This document shows, in pieces, positions 32,931 to 42,808 of a stretch of DNA of 64,000 nucleotides. Both the position numbers and the translations under genes were made by a program. The notes under the pieces were generated by a model. It had not been told where the DNA came from. It saw nothing but the letters and a program-made list of their open reading frames with translations, and searched no databases. Origin of the DNA: Mycobacteriales bacterium (lineage in GTDB: Bacteria; Actinomycetota; Actinomycetes; JAFAQI01); NCBI GenBank assembly GCA_035548125.1, contig DASZTV010000025.1:52289-116288 (forward strand), in the 5' to 3' direction. Positions within the stretch are counted from its first letter, which is position 1, and each line of letters begins with the position of its first letter.

Positions 32931-32936
32931 GCAGCC

Positions 32937-35279
32937 CTACAGACCCGACGTCACTCGGTAGGCGTCGTAGACGCCTTCCACACCACGGACGGCACGCAGC
33001 AGGTGGCCGAGATGCTTCGGGTCGCCCATCTCGAAGGTGAACTTCGACAGCGCGACCCGGTCCCGTGACGTCGTGACGGATGCCGACAGGATGTTGACGT
33101 GCGCGTCCGAGAGCACGCGCGTCACGTCGGCGAGCAGCCGACTGCGGTCGAGCGCCTCGACCTGAATCGCCACCAGGAACAGCGAAGCCGAGGTGGGTGC
33201 CCACTCCACCTCGACCAGCCGGTCCGGCTGCACCTGCAGGTTGGCGGCGTTCGAACAGTCGGTGCGATGCACGGACACGCCGTGACCGCGGGTCACGAAA
33301 CCGAGGATCTGGTCACCGGGGACCGGCGTGCAGCAGCGGGCGAGCTTCGCCCACACGTCCGGCTCTCCCTTGACCATGACGCCGGGGTCCCCGCCCGATC
33401 GCTGACGACGCGGCGCGCGGGTCGCGGTCTCCGTCTCGGCGATGTCCTCGACCGCGCCCTCGGGCCCGCCGAGCGCCTGCACCAACCGCGTGACAACGGT
33501 CTGCGCGGACACGTGGCGCTCCCCCACGGCGGCGTAGAGCGCGTCGATGTCGGCGTAGCCGAGGTCTTTCGCGAGCGTGAGGAGCGCGTCGCCGCCCATC
33601 AGCCGCTGCAACGGGAGGGCGGCCTTGCGCATCGCGCGGCTGATCGACTCCTTGCCCTCGTCGATAGCGTCCTCTCGCCGCTCCCGCGCGTACCACTGCC
33701 GGATCTTGTTGCGGGCGCGGGGCGACTTGACGAACGACAGCCAGTCCCGGCTCGGACCGGCGCTCTCCGACTTCGAGGTGAAGACCTCGACGACGTCGCC
33801 GTTGTCCAGTGCCGACTCCAAGGGCACCAGCCGGCCGTTCACCCGCGCACCGATGCAGCGGTGGCCGACCTCGGTGTGGACGGCGTAAGCGAAGTCGACG
33901 GCGGTCGCACCTGCCGGCAGGCCGATCACGTCGCCCTTCGGGGTGAAGACGAACACCTCCTGGGCATGCAGGTCGAACCGCAGCGAGTCGAGGAACTCAC
34001 CCGGGTCCTGCGTCTCGCGCTGCCAGTCGACGAGCTGCCGCAACCAGCTCATGTCGGTGTCGCCGCCCGAGCGCGGAGCCTCCTTGTACTTCCAGTGCGC
34101 CGCGATGCCGTACTCCGCGCGGCGGTGCATCTGGTGCGTGCGGATCTGGATCTCGACCGCCTTGCCCTGCGGTCCGATGACGCTCGTGTGGAGTGACTGG
34201 TAGAGGTTGAACTTGGGCATCGCGATGTAGTCCTTGAACCGGCCGGGCACCGGGGACCAGATCGTGTGGATGATGCCGAGCGCCGCATAGCAGTCGCGCT
34301 CGGTGTCGACCGTGATGCGAATGCCGACGAGGTCGTAGATATCGTCGAACTCGCGGCCGCGCGAGACCATCTTCTGGTAGATCGAGTAGTAGTGCTTGGG
34401 CCGTCCCGTGACCGCCGCCTTGATCTTCGCGGCGCGCAGCTCGGACTGCACCCGCTCGCTCACGCCGGTGAGGTAGGTGTCGCGGGATGGCGCGCGTTCG
34501 GCGACCAGGCGGACGATCTCGTCGTAGCGTTTCGGGTAGAGGGTCGCGAACGACAGGTCCTCGAGCTCCCACTTGATGGCGTTCATCCCGAGGCGGTGTG
34601 CGAGCGGCGCGTAGATCTCCAGCGTCTGCTTGGCGAGCCGCTGCTGCTTGTCGGGCGGCAGCCACGACAGGGTTCGGACGTTGTGGAGCCGGTCGGCGAG
34701 CTTGACGATCAGGACCTTCGGGTCCCGGGCCATCGCCACGACCATCTTGCGGATCGTCTCGGCCTCGGCCGAGTCGCCGTAGCGGACCTTGTCCAGCTTC
34801 GTCACGCCGTCGACCAGCCGGCCGACCTCCTCGCCGAAGTCACGGTTGACGTCGGCCAGCGAGAGGGCGGTGTCCTCGACGGTGTCGTGGAGCAGCGCCG
34901 CACACAGCGTCGGCGCCTCCATGCCGAGATCGGCGACGATCTGCGCCACGGCCAGCGGGTGGGAGATGTACGGGTCGCCGCTCCGGCGCAACTGGCCGCG
35001 ATGCGAACGCTCGGCGACTTCGTACGCCCGTTGCACAAGACGGGTGTCCGCCTTCGGATGGTTGGCGCGAAGGGTCTTCAGCAACGGTTCGAGCGCCGCG
35101 GGAGGCGGCGCCTTCGCGCCTGACTTCGAGCCGGAGAGGCGAGCGAGCCGGGCCCGCATTCGCGCGGCGGCGGCCGGCTCGGCGATCGGCTCGTAGGCGG
35201 TCGGCGGGTCCGGCAGGTCGGCGGTCTGTTCGGACGCAGGCACGAGGTCGTCCGCGACCGGGACGATCTCGCTCGACAC
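32937..35279 (-). CDS. relA: Bifunctional (p)ppGpp synthetase/hydrolase RelA/SpoT
   Basis: 780 aa. HD domain (HPLAVA...LHDTVEDT), synthetase motifs (YQSLHT, EIQIRT), and TGS and ACT regions. Confidence 0.96.
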   Translation of the reverse strand: MSSEIVPVADDLVPASEQTADLPDPPTAYEPIAEPAAAARMRARLARLSGSKSGAKAPPPAALEPLLKTLRANHPKADTRLVQRAYEVAERSHRGQLRRSGDPYISHPLAVAQIVADLGMEAPTLCAALLHDTVEDTALSLADVNRDFGEEVGRLVDGVTKLDKVRYGDSAEAETIRKMVVAMARDPKVLIVKLADRLHNVRTLSWLPPDKQQRLAKQTLEIYAPLAHRLGMNAIKWELEDLSFATLYPKRYDEIVRLVAERAPSRDTYLTGVSERVQSELRAAKIKAAVTGRPKHYYSIYQKMVSRGREFDDIYDLVGIRITVDTERDCYAALGIIHTIWSPVPGRFKDYIAMPKFNLYQSLHTSVIGPQGKAVEIQIRTHQMHRRAEYGIAAHWKYKEAPRSGGDTDMSWLRQLVDWQRETQDPGEFLDSLRFDLHAQEVFVFTPKGDVIGLPAGATAVDFAYAVHTEVGHRCIGARVNGRLVPLESALDNGDVVEVFTSKSESAGPSRDWLSFVKSPRARNKIRQWYARERREDAIDEGKESISRAMRKAALPLQRLMGGDALLTLAKDLGYADIDALYAAVGERHVSAQTVVTRLVQALGGPEGAVEDIAETETATRAPRRQRSGGDPGVMVKGEPDVWAKLARCCTPVPGDQILGFVTRGHGVSVHRTDCSNAANLQVQPDRLVEVEWAPTSASLFLVAIQVEALDRSRLLADVTRVLSDAHVNILSASVTTSRDRVALSKFTFEMGDPKHLGHLLRAVRGVEGVYDAYRVTSGL

Positions 35280-35352
35280 GTCGCCTCCTTCGCAGACTGA
35301 TTGTCAAGTCTAACGATCAGGAAGCGTTGGACCTTCCCACCTCGGCCGCGGC

Positions 35353-35886
35353 TCAGTACGACAGCAGCGCGTGGACCTCGACGTCGGTCAGCCGCGACCG
35401 GCCGCCGAGTGGCGTGAGCTCGAGCAGCACACTGCAGCCGACGACCCGTGCCCCACCGCGGCGGACCAGTTCGGCGGCCGCTGCGACCGTCCCGCCGGTT
35501 GCCAGCACGTCGTCCACGATCAGCACCCGCTCACCTGCGGCGAAGGCATCGCGATGGACCTCGAGGGTGGCCTCGCCGTACTCCAGCACGTAGGACGCCG
35601 CGTACGTCTCGCTCGGCAGCTTCCCGGCCTTGCGCACGGGTACGAAGCCGGCGCCGAAGTGGTACGCGACTGCGGCCGCCAGGATGAAACCTCGGGCCTC
35701 GATGCCGGCGACCTTGTCGATCGTCCCCCGACCGTGATGGCTGACGATCGCATCGACCGCGCCCGCAAACGCCACGTGGTCGGCCAGCAGCGGGGTGATG
35801 TCCTTGAACGTCACCCCCGGCTCGGGGAACCCCTCGACATCTCGCACCCGGGTGCGCAGCAACGCCTCGAGGTCGAGCGGGCTCAC
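35353..35886 (-). CDS. apt: Adenine phosphoribosyltransferase
   Basis: GTG at 35886, 4 nt after the secF stop. FKDITPLL and the PRPP motif VLIVDDVLATGGT. The track ORF to 36219 overlaps secF. Confidence 0.93.
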   Translation of the reverse strand: MSPLDLEALLRTRVRDVEGFPEPGVTFKDITPLLADHVAFAGAVDAIVSHHGRGTIDKVAGIEARGFILAAAVAYHFGAGFVPVRKAGKLPSETYAASYVLEYGEATLEVHRDAFAAGERVLIVDDVLATGGTVAAAAELVRRGGARVVGCSVLLELTPLGGRSRLTDVEVHALLSY

Positions 35887-35890
35887 CGGC

Positions 35891-37081
35891 TCACCGGCGT
35901 TTGCGTGACTTTCCGCCGCGGCCGCCGCGCGGCTTGTTGCGATTGCGGGCGGGCCGGGCCCCCGCCCGTGGCGGCGCACCGGTGCGCCGCTCCCGCGGTG
36001 CCACTCCCTCCGCCTCGGCGAGATCGTCCGGCGTGAGGACCTCGGCCGCCGCATCGGCCGGCAACTGGCCGGCAGAGGTCGCGAGCGCCGGACCACGCGC
36101 TTCACGGTCGCGCCGGGTGGCGACCCGCTTGGCGAGCTGCTGGTAGGTGGGCTCGCGCTCCTTGAAGTCACACAGCAGTGGCGAGGCGATGAAGATGGAG
36201 GAGTACGCACCCGAGGCAAGACCGATGAACAGCGCGAACGACAGGTCCTTCAACGACCCCGCCCCGAGCAGGCCGGCCCCGATCGCGAGCAGGCCGATGA
36301 CCGGCAGCAGCGCGATGATCGAGGTGTTGATGGACCGGACGAGGGTCTGGTTGACCGCCAGGTTGGTCGCCTGGCTGAACGTCATGCGGCTGCCACCGGC
36401 AATGCTCGCGGTGTTCTCGCGCACCTTGTCGAACACGACGACGGTGTCGTAGAGCGAATAGCCGAGGATCGTCAGCAACGCGATGACGGTCGATGGGCTG
36501 ACCTCGAGGCCGATCAGCGAGTAGATGCCGGCGGTGACGATGAGGTCGTGGATCAGCGCGATGATCGCTGACAGCGCCATCTTCCACTCGTAGCGGACCG
36601 ACAGGTAGAGGATCACCGCGAGCAGGAAGATGATCAGACCTTCGATCGCCTTGGTGGTGATCTGGCTTCCCCAGGTCGATCCGACCGTCGTCGGACTGAT
36701 CTGGTCCCGGGTGATTCCGATCTGGTCGACCAGCGCGTTCTCGATCTTCACGACCTGCGCGTCGGTCAGCGTCTTGGTCTGGATGTCGAACTGCTTGTCG
36801 GAGCCGGAGCCCACCGTCAGCGACTCCTCCGGGTCGATACCCGTGGAGCTCACCGCAGAGGTGACGTCGCTGATCGAGTGACCGTTCAGCGGCCCGAGGA
36901 ACTGAGCGCCGCCCTTGAAGTCGATCGACGGGTTCAGGCCCTGAACCGCGAGGCTGATCACCCCGACGACGATCACGATGCCCGACGCGATGTACCACCA
37001 CAGCCGGTTACCGACGAAGTTGTACGAGACCTCGCCCTTGTAGAGCCGGGTGGCGAGGGAGTCGCGCTCGTTACGCGCCAT
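35891..37081 (-). CDS. secF: Protein translocase subunit SecF
   Basis: ATG at 37081 (ATGA overlap with secD, GGAGGGAGG upstream). The SecF TM pattern, plus a basic Arg/Lys-rich C-terminal tail. Confidence 0.93.
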   Translation of the reverse strand: MARNERDSLATRLYKGEVSYNFVGNRLWWYIASGIVIVVGVISLAVQGLNPSIDFKGGAQFLGPLNGHSISDVTSAVSSTGIDPEESLTVGSGSDKQFDIQTKTLTDAQVVKIENALVDQIGITRDQISPTTVGSTWGSQITTKAIEGLIIFLLAVILYLSVRYEWKMALSAIIALIHDLIVTAGIYSLIGLEVSPSTVIALLTILGYSLYDTVVVFDKVRENTASIAGGSRMTFSQATNLAVNQTLVRSINTSIIALLPVIGLLAIGAGLLGAGSLKDLSFALFIGLASGAYSSIFIASPLLCDFKEREPTYQQLAKRVATRRDREARGPALATSAGQLPADAAAEVLTPDDLAEAEGVAPRERRTGAPPRAGARPARNRNKPRGGRGGKSRKRR

Positions 37082-38871
37082 CAGGCCTCCCTCCTTCGGA
37101 CGCGACGAGTCGGGGGCTCGGCCTCCGCTTCCTGCGTGACGCCCGCGCGAGCCTTTCCGATCCCGGTCCACGCCTTGCCGGAGTCGAACGCCTTGCGCCG
37201 GCCGAGCACCTGCAGCAGCGGCCGGGTGAAGAAGAACACGATCACCAGATCCGACAGCGTCGACAGGCCGAGGGTGAACGCGAAGCCTCGAACGTCACCG
37301 ATCGAGACGACGTAGAGGACGATTGCGGCCAGCAGCGAGACGGTGTCCGCCGACATGATCGTGCGTCGCGCTCGCGGCCACGCCCGGTCGACCGCGCTTC
37401 GCAGCCGCCGGCCTTCGCGGACCTCATCCCGTAGTCGTTCGAAGTAGACGACGAAGGAGTCCGCCGTGATACCGACCGCCACGATGAAGCCGGCGATGCC
37501 CGGCAGCGACAGCGTGTAGCCCACGGACGAGTGGCCGAGCATGCTCGTCACGGCGTAGAGGATGCCGCCGGAGACGGCGAGACTGCCGACCGTCACGATC
37601 CCCAGCGCCCGGTAGTAGAACAGCGAGAACAGGATGACCAACCCGAGCCCGATCGCGCCTGCGATGAGGCCGCCCCGGAGCTGCCGGGATCCCAAGGTCG
37701 CCGACACCGTCGTGACGTCGGACTTGACGAACTTCAAGGGCAGCGAGCCGTACTTCAGGACGTTGGCCAGGTTGGTCGCGCCGGTCTGGTCGTAGTTGCC
37801 GGTGATCTGAGCCAGGCCACCCGGGATGCCACCGGCCGACTGGATGGCGGGCGCCGACTGCACGACGCCGTCCAGGACGATCGCGACGGCGTTGCAACCC
37901 TTCGGCGGCGCGCACCCGCTCGCGAACCCGCTGTCGGTGCTCCCCGTGGCATCGTACGCCTTCTTGGTGATCGCGAGCCACTTGCCCGACCCGCTTCCGG
38001 TAAAGGAGAGGTTCACCTGCCAGCCCACGCCGTTGGTGGCCAGACCGGCGTTGGCGCTCTTCACGTCGGTGCCCTGCACGGTCGCCGGACCGAGCAGCTC
38101 GACCAGCTGTGACTGCGGGTCGCAGGCGATGATGTAGTCGCTCGGCACGTCGTTGCCGTTGGTCGGGTTCTTGTGCTTGGCACAGTCCCAGTTCGCGAAG
38201 CTCGACTTCAGCGCGTCGGTCAACGTCGGCGCCTCGCTGCCGGGCAGCGGCTCGTCACCGGCTGACGCGGTACTGCCCGGTGAGGGTGAGGCAGTGGAGG
38301 TGGCGGTGGCCGTGGGGCTCGGGGTCGCACTAGATGAGGCGGACGGCGAGGGCTTCGCGGCAAGCAGCGCGGAGCTGATCGCGTCACCCTTCGACTTCTT
38401 GGTGGCCTTCGACGTCGGCTTGCTCGTAGCGGTCGTGGTCGGAGCCACCGAGACCGACGGCGAGGTGGTGGCCGTTGCGGTCGGCTGCGGCGAGTACGGA
38501 CCGACCTGGAGCACCTGACGGAAGCGCAGCAGCGCGGTCTGCCCCACCGTGTTGACGATCTTGTCGCGACCCTTGCCGGGGACCGACACGATGATGTGGT
38601 TGTTGCCCTGGGTGCTGATGTCCGCACCGCCGACGCCGAGGCCGAGGACCCGGTCCCGGATGATGTTGACCGCCTGGTCCAGGGCGCCCTTGGTGATGCT
38701 GTGGCGGACCAGCGGCTTCGCCGTCAAGGTGACCTGCGTGCCGCCGCGGAGGTCCAGCCCGAGCACCGGCTTCGGGGACGGACCGAGGAACAGCCCGACG
38801 TAGAGCAGGACGAGCAGGAGCGCCATCCCGGCGAGGGTTCGACCTGGCCGCTGCTTGGTGGCCTGTGCCAC
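37081..38871 (-). CDS. secD: Protein translocase subunit SecD
   Basis: 596 aa. LGLDLRGG motif, six TM segments, and a Pro/Thr/Ser-rich insertion in the periplasmic domain. Confidence 0.93.
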   Translation of the reverse strand: MAQATKQRPGRTLAGMALLLVLLYVGLFLGPSPKPVLGLDLRGGTQVTLTAKPLVRHSITKGALDQAVNIIRDRVLGLGVGGADISTQGNNHIIVSVPGKGRDKIVNTVGQTALLRFRQVLQVGPYSPQPTATATTSPSVSVAPTTTATSKPTSKATKKSKGDAISSALLAAKPSPSASSSATPSPTATATSTASPSPGSTASAGDEPLPGSEAPTLTDALKSSFANWDCAKHKNPTNGNDVPSDYIIACDPQSQLVELLGPATVQGTDVKSANAGLATNGVGWQVNLSFTGSGSGKWLAITKKAYDATGSTDSGFASGCAPPKGCNAVAIVLDGVVQSAPAIQSAGGIPGGLAQITGNYDQTGATNLANVLKYGSLPLKFVKSDVTTVSATLGSRQLRGGLIAGAIGLGLVILFSLFYYRALGIVTVGSLAVSGGILYAVTSMLGHSSVGYTLSLPGIAGFIVAVGITADSFVVYFERLRDEVREGRRLRSAVDRAWPRARRTIMSADTVSLLAAIVLYVVSIGDVRGFAFTLGLSTLSDLVIVFFFTRPLLQVLGRRKAFDSGKAWTGIGKARAGVTQEAEAEPPTRRVRRREA

Positions 38872-38925
38872 GTGTCTGTCTGCCTTTCAGGGAGGGTTGC
38901 GCCGACCGAGTGCCCGGTAGGCCCG

Positions 38926-39375
38926 CTACGTGCTCGGCGGACCGTCGGAGTCGCTCGGCGGGTCGGGATCCTCGATCACCTCATGGTTGGTGACGTCGGT
39001 GTCCGCGGCGGGCTCCGGCTCGTCGCCCAGCACCCGCAGCACCGCCGCGGGGACGTAGCGCGCCCGTACCCCCGGCGCGATCTCAAGGGTGAGCGCGTCG
39101 TCCCCCACCTCGATGACCGTCGCGATCAGGCCGGAAGTGGTGATGATCTCGTCGCCGACGGCCACCTGACGGCTGGCCTGGGTCGCCGCCATCTGGCGCC
39201 GGCGAGCGGGCCGGATGAAGAACAGGTAGACGGCGCCGAAGATCAGGATCAGGAAGAGGAACGGGAACAGGCTGCTCCCGCCCGTGCTGCTGCCGCCGCT
39301 CGACCCGCCACCGCTCGTGGCGCGGGGCAGCGCGGAAGGCAGTGCGACAAGCGTGGTCAGCAAACTGGCGTGCAC
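38926..39375 (-). CDS. yajC: Preprotein translocase subunit YajC
   Basis: One TM segment plus FFIRPARRRQ and GDEIITTSGLIATV motifs. Acidic C-terminal extension. Confidence 0.9.
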   Translation of the reverse strand: MHASLLTTLVALPSALPRATSGGGSSGGSSTGGSSLFPFLFLILIFGAVYLFFIRPARRRQMAATQASRQVAVGDEIITTSGLIATVIEVGDDALTLEIAPGVRARYVPAAVLRVLGDEPEPAADTDVTNHEVIEDPDPPSDSDGPPST

Positions 39376-39440
39376 TCGCCCGGGCCCTCTCCTCGATGGG
39401 TGTCGCGTCGGCGCAACGCTCCGCCAACCGGGGGGTCAGT

Positions 39441-40475
39441 CTACGGGTCGAGGTCGAAAAGGGCCTGAGCCGCGTCCGCTCGCGGGGCGAGGCCCAGATG
39501 CCGCCAGGCGGCCGGCGTCGCCACCCTGCCGCGCGGCGTCCGGGCCAGTAGCCCGGCGCGCACCAGGAACGGCTCGGCGACCGTCTCCACCGTCTCCGGC
39601 TCCTCTGCCACGGCGACCGCGAGGGTGGTCAGCCCGACTGGCCCGCCGTTGAAGCGGACCAGCAGCGCATCCAGCACCGCCCGGTCGAGCCGGTCCAGGC
39701 CGAGCTCGTCCACGTCGTACATCGCGAGGGCGGCGCGTGCCACCTCGCGGTCCACGACCCCGTCGGCGCGTACCTCCGCGTAGTCCCGGACCCGCCGCAG
39801 CAACCGGTTCGCGATCCGAGGCGTGCCGCGGGCCCGTCCGCCGATCTCGGTGGCACCGTCCGGGGTCAGCGCGACGTCGAGCAGGGAAGCGCTGCGCCGA
39901 AGGACTGTCTCGAGCTCCTCGGGCGAGTAGAAGTCCAGGTGGGCGACGAAGCCGAACCGGTCCCGCAGCGGACCCGGCAGCAGGCCGGCCCGGGTCGTGG
40001 CGCCGACCAGTGTGAACGGCGCGACGTCGAGCGGGATCGCGGTCGCGCCCGGGCCCTTGCCGATCACGACGTCGACCCGGAAGTCCTCCATCGCGACGTA
40101 GAGCATCTCCTCCGCCGGTCGCGCCATCCGGTGGATCTCGTCGAGGAACAGCACCTCGCCCTCGGACAGCGTCGACAGCAGGGCAGCCAGGTCGCCGGCC
40201 CGCTCGATCGCCGGACCGCTGGTGATCCGCATCGGTGCGCCGAGCTCGTTGGCGATGATCATCGCCAATGTTGTCTTGCCGAGCCCGGGCGATCCCGACA
40301 GGAGCACGTGGTCCGGAGGACGGCCGCGGTTGCGGGCGGCGTCGAGGACAACCGACAGCTGCTCCCGGACCCGCTGCTGCCCGACGAAGTCCTCGAGCCG
40401 CTTCGGCCGCAGCGCGGCGTCGGCCACCTCGTCGTCCGGCCCCTCGGCGAAGGCCGACACCACCTCCTCGGTCAT
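39441..40475 (-). CDS. ruvB: Holliday junction branch migration DNA helicase RuvB
   Basis: ATG at 40475 (ATGA overlap with ruvA). [12 protein letters not shown], Walker [10 protein letters not shown], and LFLDEIHR. Confidence 0.96.
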   Translation of the reverse strand: MTEEVVSAFAEGPDDEVADAALRPKRLEDFVGQQRVREQLSVVLDAARNRGRPPDHVLLSGSPGLGKTTLAMIIANELGAPMRITSGPAIERAGDLAALLSTLSEGEVLFLDEIHRMARPAEEMLYVAMEDFRVDVVIGKGPGATAIPLDVAPFTLVGATTRAGLLPGPLRDRFGFVAHLDFYSPEELETVLRRSASLLDVALTPDGATEIGGRARGTPRIANRLLRRVRDYAEVRADGVVDREVARAALAMYDVDELGLDRLDRAVLDALLVRFNGGPVGLTTLAVAVAEEPETVETVAEPFLVRAGLLARTPRGRVATPAAWRHLGLAPRADAAQALFDLDP

Positions 40476-41095
40476 GCGCGGCTCAGCATCTGCAAGCACG
40501 ACCGCAGCAGCAGGGCGACGTCCGGTGTGTCCCCCACCGCAATCGCGGCCTCGGCTTCGGGACCGACCGCGGCAAGCGCCTCGTCGACCTCGCGCCCCGT
40601 CCAGCCGAGACCGGTGAGCGCGTCGCGCAGCTGGTCCCGCCATGCTCCCGGGCCCGCGCTCCCCGGCAGCCGCACGACATTGGCTGCACCGCTCGCCGCA
40701 CCGAGCTTGTCCTTGAGCTCGAGTACGAGGCGCTGCGCGCCCTTGCGGCCGATCCCCGGCACCAGCGTGAGCGCTCCGACATCCTCGGTCGCCACGGCAG
40801 TACGGATCGCGTCAGGCGAGTGGACCGCGAGCACCGACTGCGCGAGCCGCGGACCGACGCCGGTCACTCCTTGCAGCGTCTCGAACACCAGCCGCTCGTC
40901 TTCGGTCGCAAAACCGAACAGGGTCAGCGAGTCCTCGCGGACCACCAAGCTCGTCGCAAGGCGAGCCGCATCGCCCACCCGAAGCGAGCCGAGGGTCGCC
41001 GGCGTGCACTGCACGGCGATCCCGACTCCGCCCACCTCGATCACGGCGGCCTCCGCGCCGATCGCGGCGACCACTCCGCTGACGGTGGCGATCAC
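40472..41095 (-). CDS. ruvA: Holliday junction branch migration protein RuvA
   Basis: GTGA overlap with ruv[10 protein letters not shown]...GVGIAV and the HhH region [17 protein letters not shown]. Confidence 0.94.
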   Translation of the reverse strand: MIATVSGVVAAIGAEAAVIEVGGVGIAVQCTPATLGSLRVGDAARLATSLVVREDSLTLFGFATEDERLVFETLQGVTGVGPRLAQSVLAVHSPDAIRTAVATEDVGALTLVPGIGRKGAQRLVLELKDKLGAASGAANVVRLPGSAGPGAWRDQLRDALTGLGWTGREVDEALAAVGPEAEAAIAVGDTPDVALLLRSCLQMLSRA

Positions 41096-41610
41096 CGGGC
41101 CATCACCGCCGCCCGGGCCTGCGCGAGGCGCACCTGGGCCGCGCCGCGCCAGACGTGGCAGATCGCCAACGCCAACGCGTCGGCGGTGTCCGCCGGCTTC
41201 GGCGCCGCGGCGAGTCCGAGGACGCGCGCCACCATCCGCCCCACCTGGTCCTTGTCGGCGCGGCCGGAGCCGGTAATCGCCGCCTTGACCTCGCTCGGGG
41301 TGTGCATCGCCACCGAGATCCCGGCCCGCGCCGCCGAGGTGATCGCGACCGCCGCGGCCTGCGCGGTGCCCATCACGGTGCGCACGTTGTGTTGGCTGAA
41401 CACGCGCTCGACGGCGACGACGTCCGGCTCGTGGCGAGAGATCCAGGCCGTCACCTCACGTTCGAGCGCGAGCAACCGCAGCGCGATGTCCTCCGAGGAC
41501 GGCGTGCACACGACGTCGTAGGCGACGGCGGTCATCGACCGGCCCGGTACGCCGTCGACGACACCGAGGCCACACCGGGTCAACCCGGGATCGACGCCAA
41601 GCACCCGCAA
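41092..41610 (-). CDS. ruvC: Crossover junction endodeoxyribonuclease RuvC
   Basis: [18 protein letters not shown] is the typical RuvC N-terminus. TTG start with AGGAGA 7 nt upstream. Confidence 0.94.
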   Translation of the reverse strand: MRVLGVDPGLTRCGLGVVDGVPGRSMTAVAYDVVCTPSSEDIALRLLALEREVTAWISRHEPDVVAVERVFSQHNVRTVMGTAQAAAVAITSAARAGISVAMHTPSEVKAAITGSGRADKDQVGRMVARVLGLAAAPKPADTADALALAICHVWRGAAQVRLAQARAAVMAR

Positions 41611-41625
41611 CGTTGTATCTCCTAT

Positions 41626-41641
41626 CCGAACATACGTTCGG
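41626..41641 (-). promoter_or_regulatory. LexA SOS box (CCGAAC-N4-GTTCGG) upstream of ruvCAB, centre of a 32-nt perfect palindrome (41618..41649)
   Basis: Read directly. It matches the Gram-positive/mycobacterial LexA consensus (T)CGAAC-N4-GTTCG(A). ruvC belongs to the described mycobacterial SOS regulon. It lies 16 nt upstream of the ruvC start. Confidence 0.7.
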
Positions 41642-41697
41642 ATAGGAGACTAGCGGCGCCCGAGGCGAAGCCGAGGGAGCGACGCGCCCAACACCCA

Positions 41698-41743
41698 TTT
41701 GTGAACTGCTCGCTACAGCCCGCTGTAGCGAGCAGTTCACAAA
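41698..41743. repeat. Palindromic repeat copy A: perfect 21-bp stem TTTGTGAACTGCTCGCTACAG / CTGTAGCGAGCAGTTCACAAA with a 4-nt loop
   Basis: Read directly. It overlaps the last three codons and the stop of gene 41737..42714. Related copies lie at 42751..42793 and 58313..58358. Confidence 0.85.
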
Positions 41744-42714
41744 GCCGAAGGTGGCGGGCATTTCGGGCAGCGACGAAAGGAACCGGTCCAACCCTGCTGC
41801 CGCAGGACCTGCGCCTGTTGCGCGGCGACATCGCACGGCCGGTCCACGAGGTCCGCCCAGCCATATCGCAAGTGCCGTAGACGTGCCACCTCGCTGCGGT
41901 TGTCTCGTCTCATGTCACGCCAGCGCTCCCGCGTCTTGTCGTGACCAAGCCGACCGTCAAGCTCGATGTGAAGACCGAACTCTTCGATGACGACGTCGAG
42001 ATACTCGGTTCCGTCCGCGAGTCTGCCCACCTGCCGGGTGCCTCTTGGCAGTCCATGTCGCCGCCGGATGTCCGCGTCTTTGAGCTCCAACAACGACTGA
42101 GCACCTGCCTCGACGTCTGGTAGGGCGTCGAAGATTTCTTTTCGCCATCGCGCGCGAGGCTTGTCGCTGAGCGCAGCGCGAAGTCGATCCGGCGAGGTCA
42201 GACGGGTGCGGATCGCATCTCCGACAAGGCCGAGGGCGGCGTCTCCCGATCGCTTCGAGCTGAGCAGATCAAGCACAGTTCGTTCGACGGTGGTTCGCCG
42301 TGGGACGAACGTCGGATGGACGTCCTGGTCAGTCAGAGTCCGTGACCGGTGCAACTGCAAGGCAATCTGATCGTCGACCTGCCGTCGGTACGGGATGATG
42401 ATGTGCACCTTCGGAGGCGTCGGACACAGCCGCCAAAGCGCACCTGCAGACTCGTGACTCAGCGCCGCGCCCTCGCCTGCATAGAGCAGCGCCGCCGCTT
42501 GAACCGTCGCAGCCGGAAGCGGTCCACTGAACGTGACGTACACCCGCGGAAAGGGCATCTGCCAGCGCCCCGACTCGAGCAGCCAATGCAACTGCCTCGC
42601 AGTCATTCCCGTGGCCAGACATTCATCGAGGCTGAGCGCTCCATGAGCAGTCAGCGCCGCAATCGGTCGCACATCCATTCCACGACGCTGCTCGGGAGGG
42701 CGCCGCGACGCCAC
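41737..42714 (-). CDS. AbiEi-like N-terminal domain / DUF559 (Vsr-like PD-(D/E)xK fold) C-terminal domain protein
   Basis: 325 aa. The C-terminal HIELDGRLGHD...RDMRRDNRSEVARLRHLRYGWADL resembles DUF559/Vsr endonuclease-fold proteins. The N-terminal GALSLDECLATGMTARQLHWLLESGRW resembles AbiEi_4-type wHTH. Third-position GC is visibly lower than in the neighbours. Start could be the internal ATG at 42678. Confidence 0.7.
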   Translation of the reverse strand: MASRRPPEQRRGMDVRPIAALTAHGALSLDECLATGMTARQLHWLLESGRWQMPFPRVYVTFSGPLPAATVQAAALLYAGEGAALSHESAGALWRLCPTPPKVHIIIPYRRQVDDQIALQLHRSRTLTDQDVHPTFVPRRTTVERTVLDLLSSKRSGDAALGLVGDAIRTRLTSPDRLRAALSDKPRARWRKEIFDALPDVEAGAQSLLELKDADIRRRHGLPRGTRQVGRLADGTEYLDVVIEEFGLHIELDGRLGHDKTRERWRDMRRDNRSEVARLRHLRYGWADLVDRPCDVAAQQAQVLRQQGWTGSFRRCPKCPPPSAL

Positions 42715-42750
42715 TCATCCACAAACGCGTGTGGGCGAGCGCGCAGCTTC

Positions 42751-42793
42751 GTGAACCGGTGGATCCAGCCCGCTGTACCTGACGGTTCACAAA
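42751..42793. repeat. Palindromic repeat copy B (degenerate): GTGAACC...CAGCCCGCTGTA...GGTTCACAAA
   Basis: Same 43-nt length as copy A, with 32 of 43 identities by hand alignment. It lies between the yebC stop and the start of gene 41737..42714. Confidence 0.7.
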
Positions 42794-42808
42794 CCGGGAA
42801 ATCGGTCG

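Noticed and set aside
38226-38481. Pro/Thr/Ser/Ala-rich low-complexity stretch inside secD as a possible repeat element or gene fusion
   Set aside because: It stays in frame within the SecD periplasmic domain, and similar PT-rich linkers occur in other actinobacterial SecD proteins. It is not an independent feature.
41701-41740. GTGAAC ... GTTCAC termini of the 43-nt repeats as additional LexA boxes
   Set aside because: LexA boxes need GAAC-N4-GTTC spacing, and here the half-sites are 31 nt apart. Only the site at 41626..41641 fits.
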